Source: Octopus sinensis
Taxonomy: Eukaryota
Assembly: GCF_006345805.1 (NCBI RefSeq)
Contig: NW_021823859.1
Coordinates: forward strand, 1-21,037
Reading direction: 5' to 3'
DNA length: 21,037 bases
Part shown: positions 1-10,690 of the stretch, piece by piece
How positions within the stretch are numbered: position 1 is the stretch's first letter
Layout: each line of letters opens with the position of its first letter
Notes under the pieces: model-generated
Told to the model about the DNA's origin: nothing
What the model saw: the letters and a program-made list of their open reading frames with translations, nothing else
Databases searched by the model: none
Made by a program: the position numbers and the translations under genes

Positions 1-48
1 ACTATATACATATTATATATATATACATATATATATATACATACTATA

Positions 49-260
49 GGGTTCAAGAAGTCTTTGGACAGATTCCTTCAAGAAATCCCGGATAAACCCC
101 CTACACCCGGATATGTCTCTGTAAACAATAACTCTCTACTTGAGTGGGCCATAGTGCCCAAATTCTGACTTGAAAGACTTCACCAGGTGGTGCTATTAAG
201 TTAGACATGGCCTGGGCCAATAATGGCCGAAACCTATCAAAGTATCAAAGTATCAAAGTA
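49..260 (+). mobile_element. 3' end of a CR1-group LINE (ORF2 C-terminus, 3' UTR hairpin, octamer tail)
   Basis: 49-168 reads GFKKSLDRFLQEIPDKPPTPGYVSVNNNSLLEWAIVPKF*, which resembles the FK..LD.FL..IPD.P...GY...NSL terminus of invertebrate CR1-group ORF2. It is followed by the hairpin GGCCA-ATAA-TGGCC (215-228) and (TATCAAAG)x3 at 235-258. Short tandem tails are typical of CR1. Confidence 0.75.
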
Positions 261-261
261 C

Positions 262-292
<31 letters not shown>

Positions 293-438
293 CATATTAT
301 ATATATATATATTCATATATATATATATACATATATATATATAATATATATACATATATATATATAATACATATATATATATATATACATATATAATATA
401 TACATATATTATATATATATACATATATATACACACAC

Positions 439-533
<95 letters not shown>
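261..533. repeat. Imperfect (TA)n microsatellite
   Basis: Directly visible. Confidence 0.98.
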
Positions 534-534
<1 letters not shown>

Positions 535-887
535 GCCCCATGACCGTTTTTTCCTGGCACTCTTTTTATGTTCTTTTTTCTCTTCCTTCTTTCCTCAAAT
601 ATCAGTTGAAGGACTATTTCCGAAACGTTATGACTTTTACGCTATTCCTTCATATATTCCTTCCTTATATTAAGGAAGAGAATGAAGTGGGAACTTCATT
701 TCATTGCATAATTGTACAATTGTTTCATCAACATTTTACCAGAAGATTAATGCTGCAATATTTATGATATAGAAAAAATACATCGCATCAGTATTATTAT
801 ACCAGTGCTGGAAAATATCTACCTCATGGAATATATGTGTGTGCGTGTGTGTGTCTATATGTATTTGTATACATATACATATACATG

Positions 888-919
<32 letters not shown>

Positions 920-924
<5 letters not shown>

Positions 925-1474
925 AAAGATAAATGCGATACTATAAAATTAATTATAATCGCCGGTGTACCAGTACACGCCATATATTATACATATATCA
1001 TTACATTCAAGGCGAAGAGTGCACTAGATACACAATAGCTGGATAAATTTAGTGAGATGAAAATTAAAAACTTTTACAAACTTAACTTTTCTTATACTGC
1101 AGTTTCGCCAAATTCAGTAATAAAAATAGTATTTATTTACTCAGGCTGGCTCTTCAGTAAGATTCCTGTTAATGATGGGAAGACCATATCAATAGACCCA
1201 TGTGCGTCTATCGAAATGCTCTTTCTAAACTATTCAAAACACTGCGCAGACTCAGAACAAACCCGACAAAATAGGGGATTGTGGTATATCGTCTAACGGT
1301 CAGAAATTTATCGAGAGAATATGTAAACAAAGATAAATGCGATACTATAAAATTAATTATAATCGCCGGTGTACCAGTACACGCCATATATTATACATAT
1401 ATCATTACATTCAAGGCGAAGAGTGCACTAGATACACAATAGCTGGATAAATTTAGTGAGATGAAAATTAAAAA
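920..1474 (-). mobile_element. Candidate non-LTR retrozyme / non-autonomous Penelope-like element: about 1.37 tandem copies of a 404-bp unit
   Basis: 920-1070 is identical to 1324-1474 (151 bp, offset 404). The unique part contains a hammerhead motif. There is no convincing ORF, and both flanks are TA-rich microsatellites. Confidence 0.7.
1090..1162 (-). ncRNA. Minimal type I hammerhead ribozyme
   Basis: Minus strand reads UCUUA-CUGAAGA-GCCA(AU-rich hairpin)UGGC-GAAA-C-UGCA-GUA|UAAGA. It has an intact CUGANGA/GAAA core, a 5-bp stem I (UCUUA/UAAGA), stem II GCCA/UGGC, a 2-bp stem III with palindromic loop (ACUGCAGU) and a GUA cleavage triplet. The predicted cut is between 1095 and 1094. Confidence 0.85.
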
Positions 1475-1498
1475 ATATATACATATATATACACACAC

Positions 1499-1571
<73 letters not shown>

Positions 1572-1635
1572 CACACACACACATATATATATACACACAC
1601 ACACACACATATATATATATACACACACACACACA

Positions 1636-1679
<44 letters not shown>

Positions 1680-1712
1680 CACACACATATGTATATACAC
1701 ACACACACACAC

Positions 1713-1743
<31 letters not shown>

Positions 1744-1817
1744 TATATATACACACACACACACACACACATATATACACACACACACACACACAACACA
1801 CACACACACATATATAT

Positions 1818-1870
<53 letters not shown>

Positions 1871-1890
1871 GGATGTGTGTGTGTGAGAGA
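1475..1890. repeat. Compound alternating (TA)n/(CA)n microsatellite
   Basis: Directly visible; it is the source of the CVCVYI/HTHT pseudo-ORFs. Confidence 0.98.
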
Positions 1891-2124
1891 GAAGGGAGGT
1901 GGGGATGGAGGGCGTGTTGGGAGAGACTCTTGTCGGAAAGCATTGAGGTTACATGCTGTATAAAATAATGTTTATATAGCAAAGGTCATTGTCTCGCCAA
2001 ATTTCAGCTACCCACCAAACATACACGCACGCACACACGCGCGCATATACACACACACACAAACAAACACACACAGTCTCACACACACATACACACACAC
2101 ACAACATACACCTGCTCAATCCAG

Positions 2125-3170
2125 CTACAGAATCTCATCCACAGACATCCCTCTCCCCTCTCACCTAGCTACCCCAAACACTTGGCAAGAACTCCTCTAT
2201 CTTCCCTGAAACCATCCACCCTTTATCATTATAATACAACGCACTCATACATCGGTGAAGAAAGCCAAAAACACTTTTTCAAACTTCAAAGAAGCAAAGT
2301 GGAATGAGTTCCTCCAACAAACAGAATTAAAGACTTGAAGAATCCAGCAACGTCCTAATCACGAATATAGACACTGCACGACATGCTTTTGAGCGAAAGA
2401 ATTACAGATGCACTGAGAAGCACATCCCCCGGGGCAATATAAAAATACTACAACCCCAATTATATATCAGAGATAAAAAAAAATCTCTTAAAAAGAAAAG
2501 AACCAAGGGACCACCTCGAACATAATGCACCGGCATCCCACACAACTGAAATGAAACGCAGTAAATAACAGTCGAACAAGGAAACGATCAAAAAGGGAGA
2601 AAAGGGAAAACTGTAGAAAACCAGAAAACATCATCATCGTCATCATCATCATCAATATCATCAATAACAACTTCAACAGAGTCACACCAAATCTCATGCC
2701 ACGTATCGGACTTGAACATACCCACAATGCAACAGCAAGGAAATGCGCTTATTGGACATTTCTCGAAAATCAACCACCAAAACCGCAAAATAAAGACAAG
2801 GGACTCAGTTAGAAGACATGCGACTTCCAAGCCAAGTCTTTCCTTCCGTCTGATACCAACCCTGCAATATGGGAATATCAAACCGCAAAAAGATTGTGGG
2901 TCAGACAAAATCAGAAATATACAGTAAAAAGAACATCTTTAGGTTAATCGTACCAACGACGAAATCCAACCCCACAAATGGAATGACTTCGTCATACAAA
3001 GCTGTCACCTTCCTGTATCCAGCTTCAATGATTCTAGAAAAGGATATGGTCCTCGATAGCACTAACTCACACTGTTTCTTCTTCAAATCACCAGCTCAAT
3101 TATAGATTTGACACACAGAATGCACCACGACCTGTCGTCAAGCGACACAGCCAACAGACAACAACAACAC
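2125..3170 (+). pseudogene. Decayed I/Jockey-group LINE ORF2 fragment (end of APE endonuclease, linker, start of RT)
   Basis: Broken frames give SSTDIPLPSHLA..W....*NHPPFII (like SDH.PII), NTFSNFKEAKWNEFLQQTE (like NFKKA.W..F), KHIPRG, KDCGSDKIRN (like GPD.I) and VPTTKSN...SSYKAVTFLYPASMILEK (like IPIPKP...SYRPISLL...K.LEK). There are many stops and deletions. Confidence 0.7.
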
Positions 3171-3226
3171 TTAGAGAACTTGTCATATCTCAAATGGAAT
3201 GAGTACGACAATGGAGTGAGTCCCTT

Positions 3227-3240
3227 ATATATATACATAT

Positions 3241-3280
<40 letters not shown>
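3227..3280. repeat. (TA)n microsatellite
   Basis: Directly visible. Confidence 0.95.
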
Positions 3281-3282
<2 letters not shown>

Positions 3283-3439
3283 ACAAAACAGCTGTTAGTT
3301 GAAGAAGATGATTGCATGACTCTTGTTCTCTTGTCATTTAAAATTCCGCGTTCTACTCTCGGAGCGCTTTGCTCTAAAACATGAATATTCAGTTCCAACA
3401 ACTGGTCATTCGTATCGCTGTCTGACCAAAATCATAAAA

Positions 3440-3641
3440 CACACATACAAACTTACATACATATGTAGATACTTATGTACATATATATACATCTATATAT
3501 ATACATGCACACACACACATACACACATATACATATTTATAAATACTTATGTATGTACATACACATACACACACACACGCACGCACGCACGCACACACAC
3601 ATATATGGTATATATATATATATGCTATATATATATATATG

Positions 3642-3675
<34 letters not shown>

Positions 3676-3827
3676 CGGCGTAGTGATGAGCGTGGTGGCT
3701 AAGACAAATGGCAGAACATGTGATGATGATGATGTTGACGATGACGTCACCTACGACGATGACTGCAATGGTGGTGGCGGTGTTGAAATGTCTGGCAGTA
3801 GAGATAGTGGTATTTTGGTTGGTGTTA

Positions 3828-3860
<33 letters not shown>
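3440..3860. repeat. Mixed TA/CA/CACG, (GAT)n and (GCT)n simple repeats
   Basis: Directly visible. Confidence 0.9.
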
Positions 3861-4018
3861 GTTTACGTTAGCAGTCTAAAAGATTCCACCTTGTTCCAGA
3901 CACTTCACGCTTCGTTGCTCAAACATATTGTCTAGCCGTATGTTGTTGCACAGCAGAAGGGGAAGAAATAAATTGAACGTAGCCCCCCCCCCTACCCCCC
4001 GCCACAACTACCATTATC

Positions 4019-4064
<46 letters not shown>

Positions 4065-4085
4065 CATCATCATCATCATCATCGT
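4019..4085. repeat. (TTA)n followed by (TCA)n microsatellite
   Basis: Directly visible. Confidence 0.95.
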
Positions 4086-4523
4086 TAGTTTGACGAGGCA
4101 GCGTTGCACTAAAGAACACATTTGAACGAACAAAAAAAGAGAAAACAAACAAGTAAAAAAAGCACAAAAAAGCGCACAAACAAAATTTCAGGCCATCTTA
4201 CGACACCCACAACAACAACAACAACAACGATACCAACAAGTACATCGATACCCGGATGTCGGCAAAAGATGAAAGAGATGTTTTCTGTTTTCGTCACCGA
4301 CATTTTTGTTCTTTTAGTTTTTTTACTGTTTGTCAGGTTTTTTCTTTTTGTTTGGTTTTGTGTTTTGCTTCAATTCTTTTTCTTTTTCTTTTTCTTTTTC
4401 TTTTTCTCTTCTATTTTTCTTTCCACCGCTGGGACCAGAAGAAAAAAACTTCTTCAAAATATCTCATCCTGACATTGAACGCAACATCTCGTTGGTATTT
4501 TATTTGGGCTCGAACCAAGTAAT

Positions 4524-4532
4524 TTATTATTA

Positions 4533-4578
<46 letters not shown>
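4524..4578. repeat. (TTA)n microsatellite
   Basis: Directly visible. Confidence 0.95.
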
Positions 4579-4855
4579 GACGCTAGGTTTATTTCTTTTC
4601 GTGAGATAGGGGGTCGTCTTTATTTCTTTTCATGAGGAAATGACCAGATGTGCCAAGATTTTCAGCAAAACTATGCACCGAACATCGTCTACCGTGTGAC
4701 TTATGTTTCAAAGAACTTCTCTTCCTGCAAAGCAGCGACGGGTTGGAGCTCCTACGTGGTTTCGCAAAATGCCAGAAATAGCAACCATATCTTCCTTTCT
4801 CCCACTCAAAATTAATGTCTCGAGGAAGTCCTTTCTGTTCGTAGACACAAGTTTG

Positions 4856-5152
4856 TCTTTTATCTTGTACCGGTCACTAGACTGCGGCCAAACTGGGGCA
4901 CCGTGTTGAAATGATTTTAGTCGAGCAAATTAGCCTCAGAACTTTTCTTAAAGTCTGGTACATTTTACCAGTCTCTTAAGCTGGTCCTCTAAATTAAGGA
5001 TACGTAAACAAATCAGCACCAATTGTCAACCGATATTGGGGGACAAACACACACGCACGCGCTTGCGCGCTTGCCCATGGTGCCGCGCAGTGGGAAAGAA
5101 CCCATGACCATATGGTTGACAATCAAGCTTCTTATTCACATACCCACACCTG
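4856..5152 (-). mobile_element. tRNA-derived SINE (family A), diverged
   Basis: Collinear similarity to 10348-10690 (GCGGCCA..CTGGG...ACCG; TAAAC....A.CACCA..TG.CAA; TGCCG...AGTGGGA..GAACCCA.GACCA). The reverse strand has a B-box-like GGGTTC head. It matches my recollection of a common octopus SINE. Confidence 0.75.
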
Positions 5153-5170
5153 TATCTGTAGAATTGTCAA

Positions 5171-5649
5171 TACACTAACCTCCCTCCTATCGTGCATTAC
5201 CGGAAGCAGAGGATTGTGGGACGACTGAATGTTTCGGATATGTGATCATCAATCTTTATATGACCAAAGCATCTTAGAAGAAGGTCATTAAAACCCTATA
5301 ATATGTCCGTCAGTGTTACCATCAATATCCTGAATAAAATGGAAATGAGAGAAATAGGAAGAAATAAAAATATAATTAAAGCCAAGAACAGCCTTTATTA
5401 ACCTAATAAATTACAGGCGTCGCAAATACAGTCCAATACAATATTGCGCTGAACTCTGAGGAGCAAGTTTAGATACAATAGAAATCCAGTTTAGATACGA
5501 TAGAAATTTACTTTTAATAAAGATTAATTAACACAAATGAGTATAAATTTTCTTCACTCTAATTAACAACATATTTTAATTTTTTTCTTGATGCTGGTTG
5601 TTTGAAAGTCCCGGTTATTTGAGTACCTGATAAGAGGGAGTTCACCGCA
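5171..5649. mobile_element. Old pogo/Tigger-like MITE
   Basis: Degenerate TIRs: TACACTAACCTCCCTCCTATC (5171-5191) versus the reverse complement of 5629-5649, TGCGGTGAACTCCCTCTTATC (15/21 identical). The inferred consensus starts TA-CAGT. The interior is AT-rich and non-coding. Confidence 0.55.
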
Positions 5650-6317
5650 CATAGAAACCGTTTGCTATTTTCTCCTATTTTACAATTAAATCAACGTTTT
5701 ATATAAGTGACTACCAAGATTAATCAAACCGATTTAATTACCGCTTTATGGTATATTTTATAGAGATAAAACAGCATACCTTTGACTATTAATAATACTT
5801 TATGCGCCAATGAAGGCGCCTATGACTACAAACACTTCCGTCTTAATTTCTGTTTTTATGGTTCATTGAATAAACAATCAAAACCCTATACATTATTAGC
5901 AGATCGTCAAATGCGCGGTGAACAGCGATAATCAAAGCAATGACATGCATGGCTGTCTCTAATCCATTCCGGTTGATTCGAACCTGACAACACACTCGAT
6001 CGCCGTGTTTCGTCATCCTGAGTCAGCCCGGATGAGTGAATCACGCAAAAGTCGATGTTGTTGTTTATAACTTGAGCGAACAAATTGTTCGCTGATCCGT
6101 GCTAATATCTGTCCGCCGAAAATAAATCGTCGTATGCACGCTGAACAGCGAGGATCATTATGATAACTTTCATGTTTATTCTTAACCCGTTCCAGAAGAC
6201 TTGAACGTGAATACGCTAATTGTTGTTGTTTCGTCACAAGTGTACAACTTCCTCTTTACGACGAATATGTGTTCAAAACACACTCCACTCATTAGCATAA
6301 GTGATCCTGGGACATCC

Positions 6318-6346
6318 GACGTTTCGACATCGTTGTGTCTCGTCAG
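6318..6346 (-). ncRNA. Hammerhead ribozyme core, probably degenerate
   Basis: Minus strand reads CUGACGA-GACA-caacga-UGUC-GAAAC-GUC. The core, stem II and Penelope-type ACGU palindrome are present, but the bases next to the core (AA/GG) do not form stem I directly. Confidence 0.5.
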
Positions 6347-6448
6347 TTAGAAGTACCCAAGGACCGATCAATCTAAGAAGAACTTTAGTTCAGCGGCTCG
6401 CAAACTTTTTTCGGGTTGCCGTCCCCTGGGCACTCGGACTATATTCCA

Positions 6449-6562
6449 AGCGAAAGGGTTAAAGGTAAGGTGGACTTCGGTAGGTTTTGAACTCAGAACG
6501 TAGAGAACCGGAGTAAATACCGCAAAGCACTTTATCCGCTGCTCTAATGACTCTACTCATTC
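6449..6562 (-). mobile_element. tRNA-derived SINE (family B) 5' part
   Basis: Reverse strand has ...TACGTTCTGAGTTCAAAACCTACCGAAGTCCACCTTACCTTT with a B-box GAGTTCAAA. The segment is shared with 7103-7160. Confidence 0.7.
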
Positions 6563-7102
6563 ATAGCTCGTCTTGATCGAGACTAACCAAAGGTCAAACA
6601 GTAACAAACGCTGGGCAACTCTTTTTTCATCAATAGAGGTTTGAACAAAATATCAATTTATTTTTCGTCATCAATGGATGTTTAAGACCAGTATTGATTT
6701 TTCGGGCATCGATTCAATACTCCATATTCATGCATGAAGGAAATGGAATCGTGGGCCAATCCAGACTCTATTGTTGTATACTGCAGAATATATCTATAGA
6801 TTTTAGACAGCACTGTATGTAAGAGATAGATGTAGACACTTTGTAATTATATCAGGAATTCATCAATGACTGAGTACTCACTTTGACGGTCAACGGAAAT
6901 ACTGCTTAGCAAGTTACTACTACGAAAGGTTTCAATAAATGTGAATGGACCAATATAAGTCATGTGCCTGTATACGTGTATGTGTGTGTGTGCGTGTGTG
7001 TGCATGTGTGTGTGAGTATGTGTGTGTGTAGTTGATGTTTTAAGATGTTCGAGAGAAAGTGATATATTTATTTTTCACAACTGGATCTCGAAGCACATAC
7101 AA

Positions 7103-7160
7103 TAAAGCTTTAAAGATCTCGGTGGGTTTTGAACCCAGAACGTAAAGAACCGGAAGCATT
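7103..7160 (-). mobile_element. SINE family B fragment
   Basis: TCGGTGGGTTTTGAACCCAGAACGTAAAGAACCGGA is near-identical to TCGGTAGGTTTTGAACTCAGAACGTAGAGAACCGGA at about 6477-6512. Confidence 0.7.
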
Positions 7161-7920
7161 AACAATAAAAACAAACACTAACAATAATATAGACAACTTC
7201 ACAGGAGGAAAATTGGAAGAGTTCGACAAACACATCGTTATCAAAACCAATCCTTTGTGAATCGTCTAATGTAAAACAAACCCCTCCTTTAATCTCGGCT
7301 CTCAACACCGACATTGCTATCTTTTTGGGGAACGAGAATGTTGATTAGTTCAGCAGAAAGCACTGTGAACTAATGGCGGAAATAAAAACTGGCAGACGAC
7401 CATATGAGCGGTGAAAGAGACGGCGGTGGCGACGGAGATGTTTGACGTCAAACTTGGCGGAATTTAAGGAATACTTTTACACCTCTTCGTCAGAAACTTT
7501 ACTGGTTTCTTTCATGTTTTCAATATATTTTCTTTTGTCATTTCTCTCTTTTTTCCTTATTGTTTTATAAAGGATATTTCGAGCACCATTTAAATTCATT
7601 TTCATGCAACAGGAGTGGAGTGGAGTGGAGTGCTGGGTTGCAGTCCTTTAAACTACTTTTAGACAAAATTGGACAGTGGAGAGAGTGAAATAGGTGCAAA
7701 TTATGTCACGGTGCACCTCTGTACAATCAACAAACTGTATGTCATTGTGTGCAGTAAGATCTTCAGCTTGGTGGAAACAATATATTGTGGTTATCGAAAA
7801 ATAATGTCGCATTTTGTGTAATGAAATATATCCAGAATAATAGATAAGTAGATCGCAAATCACTTGTTAGGATGGCTACTTGCGTACCATAAGACTGCTG
7901 GATCAGTTCTGACCTGGGGT

Positions 7921-8062
7921 CAGTGGTTTCTTGTGTCATGGGCACATTGAGCTGTTGCCCAGGGGCCCAACTGGTTTAGCGTCCCAGTGCTTATCTATGT
8001 ATACCGTGACTTGGTTTTAATGCATTTATTTCCCCTAAAGACCTATAATATTGTTAAGGCAA
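7921..8062. mobile_element. Possible small hAT-type MITE relic
   Basis: CATGGGCACATTGAGCTGTTGCCCAGGGGCCCA ... CCTATAATATTGTTAAG resembles recalled CAGGGCC-type non-autonomous hAT elements. The TIRs are poorly preserved. Confidence 0.35.
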
Positions 8063-8900
8063 TACGGTACTTTCTCAAATACGGTACTTTCTCCAAATCT
8101 TCCAACGATTGAGAAGGCCGATCATAAAAGGCAATCCAGTCATGTCCATCCCGCTAAACGAACCAAGCAACCTGCTAGAAATTTAAGCTGCTAGAAATTT
8201 AAGCTAAATCATCTAATTACACCGGTTTCGGAAAGAAAGGGGACGTTCGACAATTCGAACTCACGACTTACATCGTCAGACAACTTCTACAAAATAGTTG
8301 TGACGGATCAAAGCTCACCAAGAATTAAACAATCGCTAAGTATATCTGTCCTTGTTTATCACTGATTCATTCATCACTGACCCGGGTAATACGGTACGCT
8401 CAGTTGCAAAACAGCGAACTGATCTGTGATAATACGGGGTAACGATCAAAGATTCGGCTTGACCGCAAAAACGCGTCCGCAGCAACCACCTGCAATGCTT
8501 AGGACAACTTGGGGTGTCGGAATGAAACCGGTTTTTTCTCATAAGTTTTATTATTCATTTATTACTGGTTCAGTGTTGAAAACAAACACCCGTGGTAAAC
8601 GAGGATAAAAGTAACTCATTGATCATCCAATCAGCTATATCAGACTCTGCAAGTTATTAGGAATGGTAGAAAGTTGTAAAATGTTTCTATAGCCTTTTAA
8701 TAGCGGATTTTAGGAGATTTGGTTCCAACAATGTCTTGGTTTAGGCGAAATTTCTGAGAGCCTCTTTGTGGAATCTGATGGATTTAACACAAGTGTTTAA
8801 AAGAAACGTTTTATGATTTGTTTAATCATTTGTGAAAGAGAAAGGAAAAAAGTGTAAAAAAGTGGTTGTGGAAAATTGGGGGGGGGGGGTAATGCTGTGT

Positions 8901-9215
8901 GAAGACGCGTGGCTCAGTGGTTAGGGTATTCGATTCCCGATCGTAAGGTCGTGAGTTCGATTCTTGACAGTGCATTGTGTCCTTCAGTAAGAGACTTTAA
9001 TTCACGTTACTCCAGTCTACTCAGCCAGCAAGAATGAGTTATCCCTGTAGTTGAAAAGGCCAGCCTCGCCACATTCTGTGTCGCGCCGAGAACAACGTTA
9101 AGGCTACGTGTGTCTGTGGAGTACTCAACCACTTGCATGTTTAATTTCAGGAGCAAGCTGTTCTGTGGATCGGATCAACTGGAACGATCATCGTCGTAAA
9201 TGGCGGAGGTGCCAA
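8901..9215 (+). mobile_element. tRNA-derived SINE (family C) with CORE-like central domain
   Basis: Pol III A-box TGGCTCAGTGG (8910-8920) and B-box GTTCGATTC (8955-8963), followed by GTCCTTCAGTAAGAGACTTTAATTCACGTTACTCCAGTCTACTCAGC, which is shared with the reverse strand of 20625-20686. Confidence 0.8.
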
Positions 9216-9577
9216 TTAGGTGCTTGTTGTGCGCACGCGCAACTCGTGTGCAAGTGCGTATTGCAAATGTGTCGGCCATGTCAGGGTGACACCTCGCCGC
9301 AAAACCATTATTGGCAGACATTAAACTTTGTGCAGATGGGCGAGGGAAAGTGAACGATATATATATAAATACAAATATATATACAAATATATATACAAAT
9401 ATATATATATGTACGTATATATACAGAAACAAATCACACACACATGCATACACATACATCGGAGCATGTGTACATGTGCCTGTGTAAACACGTACATTCG
9501 TGCATGTGTGTGTATGCACACAAATATATTTGCATATATATACACATACACATATGAACGTCCATGCATATATGCAT

Positions 9578-9752
9578 GTATGTATCTGTGTGTGTGTGTG
9601 TATGTATCTGTGTGTGTGTGTGTATGTATCTGTGTGTGTGTGTGTATGTATCTGTGTGTGTGTGTGTATGTATCTGTGTGTGTGTGTGTGTGTATCTGTG
9701 TGTGTGTGTGTATGTATCTGTGTGTGTGTGTGTATGTATCTGTGTGTGTGTA
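9578..9752. repeat. 22-bp minisatellite (TATGTATCTGTGTGTGTGTGTG)n, about 8 copies
   Basis: The periodicity is directly visible. Confidence 0.92.
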
Positions 9753-10312
9753 CGCATGCATTTATCTATACGTAGAGAGAAACGGAGGCGGCATTAGCGA
9801 AACTGGTGTAAGTCGCTTGCAGAGTGATGTAAGATGATAGGTATGCGTTTGGAAGGAAGAAGAAGAAGACAAACAAAGAGCGGCTTGGCGAGAGAGGGAG
9901 AGGGAGAAAGGGAGAGAGAGGGGGAGAGAGAGAGGGGAGAGAGAGAGGGAGAGAGAGCAGCCAAAGAAAACTTTGAAGAAAAATAACACTTGTATTGCAA
10001 ATAATATAATTTGAATAAACTTCAGTGAAAGTTATAAACGAAGGGAAAACAGAGGTGGGGGGAGATGAGGGAGGGTGGGAGTAAAGCGAAATAGAGAGAG
10101 GGAAGTGAGAGGAAAAGGAAGAGGATGGAGAACTAATACATGAAGAAGAGGAAAATAAAAAGAAGAGAGTGAAAGGGGGAGGGAAGGGAGAGACTAAACG
10201 TTTTCAAAATAGTTTTCAGTAAAGAAAACAAAATATATTAAATATTAGAAAAAAAAAAATTGACAGTCAACAAATAGGAATCAGGAGTCGTTTTCTGTTT
10301 CGCCTCCCCCCC

Positions 10313-10347
<35 letters not shown>

Positions 10348-10690
10348 ATTTGTTTCAGTCAATTGATCGCGGCCATCCTGGGATACCGCGGTACTTATAC
10401 TATCGATAGTTTTGCCGAACCGCTATGTTACGGGGACATAAACTAACCAACACCAGCTGCCAAATGGGTCGGACACAACATACAGACACACACACATATC
10501 TATACAACGGTTATCTTTGATATATATATATACATATATACACACACACGCGCGCGCAACGGACTTCTATTCAATTTCAATCAACCAAACGCACTGACAA
10601 GACTTTGGTCGGCCCGGAACTATACAAGAAGACACTTGTCCAAGATGCCGAGTAGTGGGACTGAACCCAAGACCAGTCACGTTTGCGCCT
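10348..10690 (-). mobile_element. tRNA-derived SINE (family A) with internal CA/TA microsatellite
   Basis: Reverse strand has GGCGC...GGGTTCAGTCCCACTACTCGGCATCTTGGACAAGTGTCTTCTTGTATAG..GGGCCGACCAAAG. It is homologous to 4856-5152 and 12331-12495. Confidence 0.8.

Noticed and set aside
920-1474. LTR retrotransposon/TRIM or CRISPR-like interpretation of the 151-bp direct repeats
   Set aside because: There are no TG...CA termini, PBS, PPT or discernible TSD, and only two long repeats in eukaryotic DNA. A tandem-unit model fits better.
245-1982. Long ORFs rich in YI/CV/HT dipeptides (also 3323-3871, 9175-9837, 19603-20004, 20425-20997)
   Set aside because: They are translations of dinucleotide microsatellites that lack stops by composition, with no protein-like content.
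6287-6301. 15-mer CTTATGCTAATGAGT shared (inverted) with 13559-13573
   Set aside because: One 15-bp match is roughly expected by chance in 21 kb of AT-rich DNA searched on both strands, and the homology does not clearly extend.
7440-7497. Minus-strand GUUU-CUGACGA...GUC-AAAC hammerhead-like match
   Set aside because: The GAAA box is absent (UAAA) and stems II and III are poor. The apparent stem I arises from the local palindrome GTTTGACGTCAAAC.
8242-8280. CTGACGA on the minus strand near GAACGTC
   Set aside because: There is no proper GAAA or stem II. The intervening sequence matches the SINE head GTAAG.TCGTGAGTTCGA.
8901-8975. Possible tRNA gene
   Set aside because: A and B boxes are present, but I see no paired acceptor stem and the sequence continues into a SINE core.
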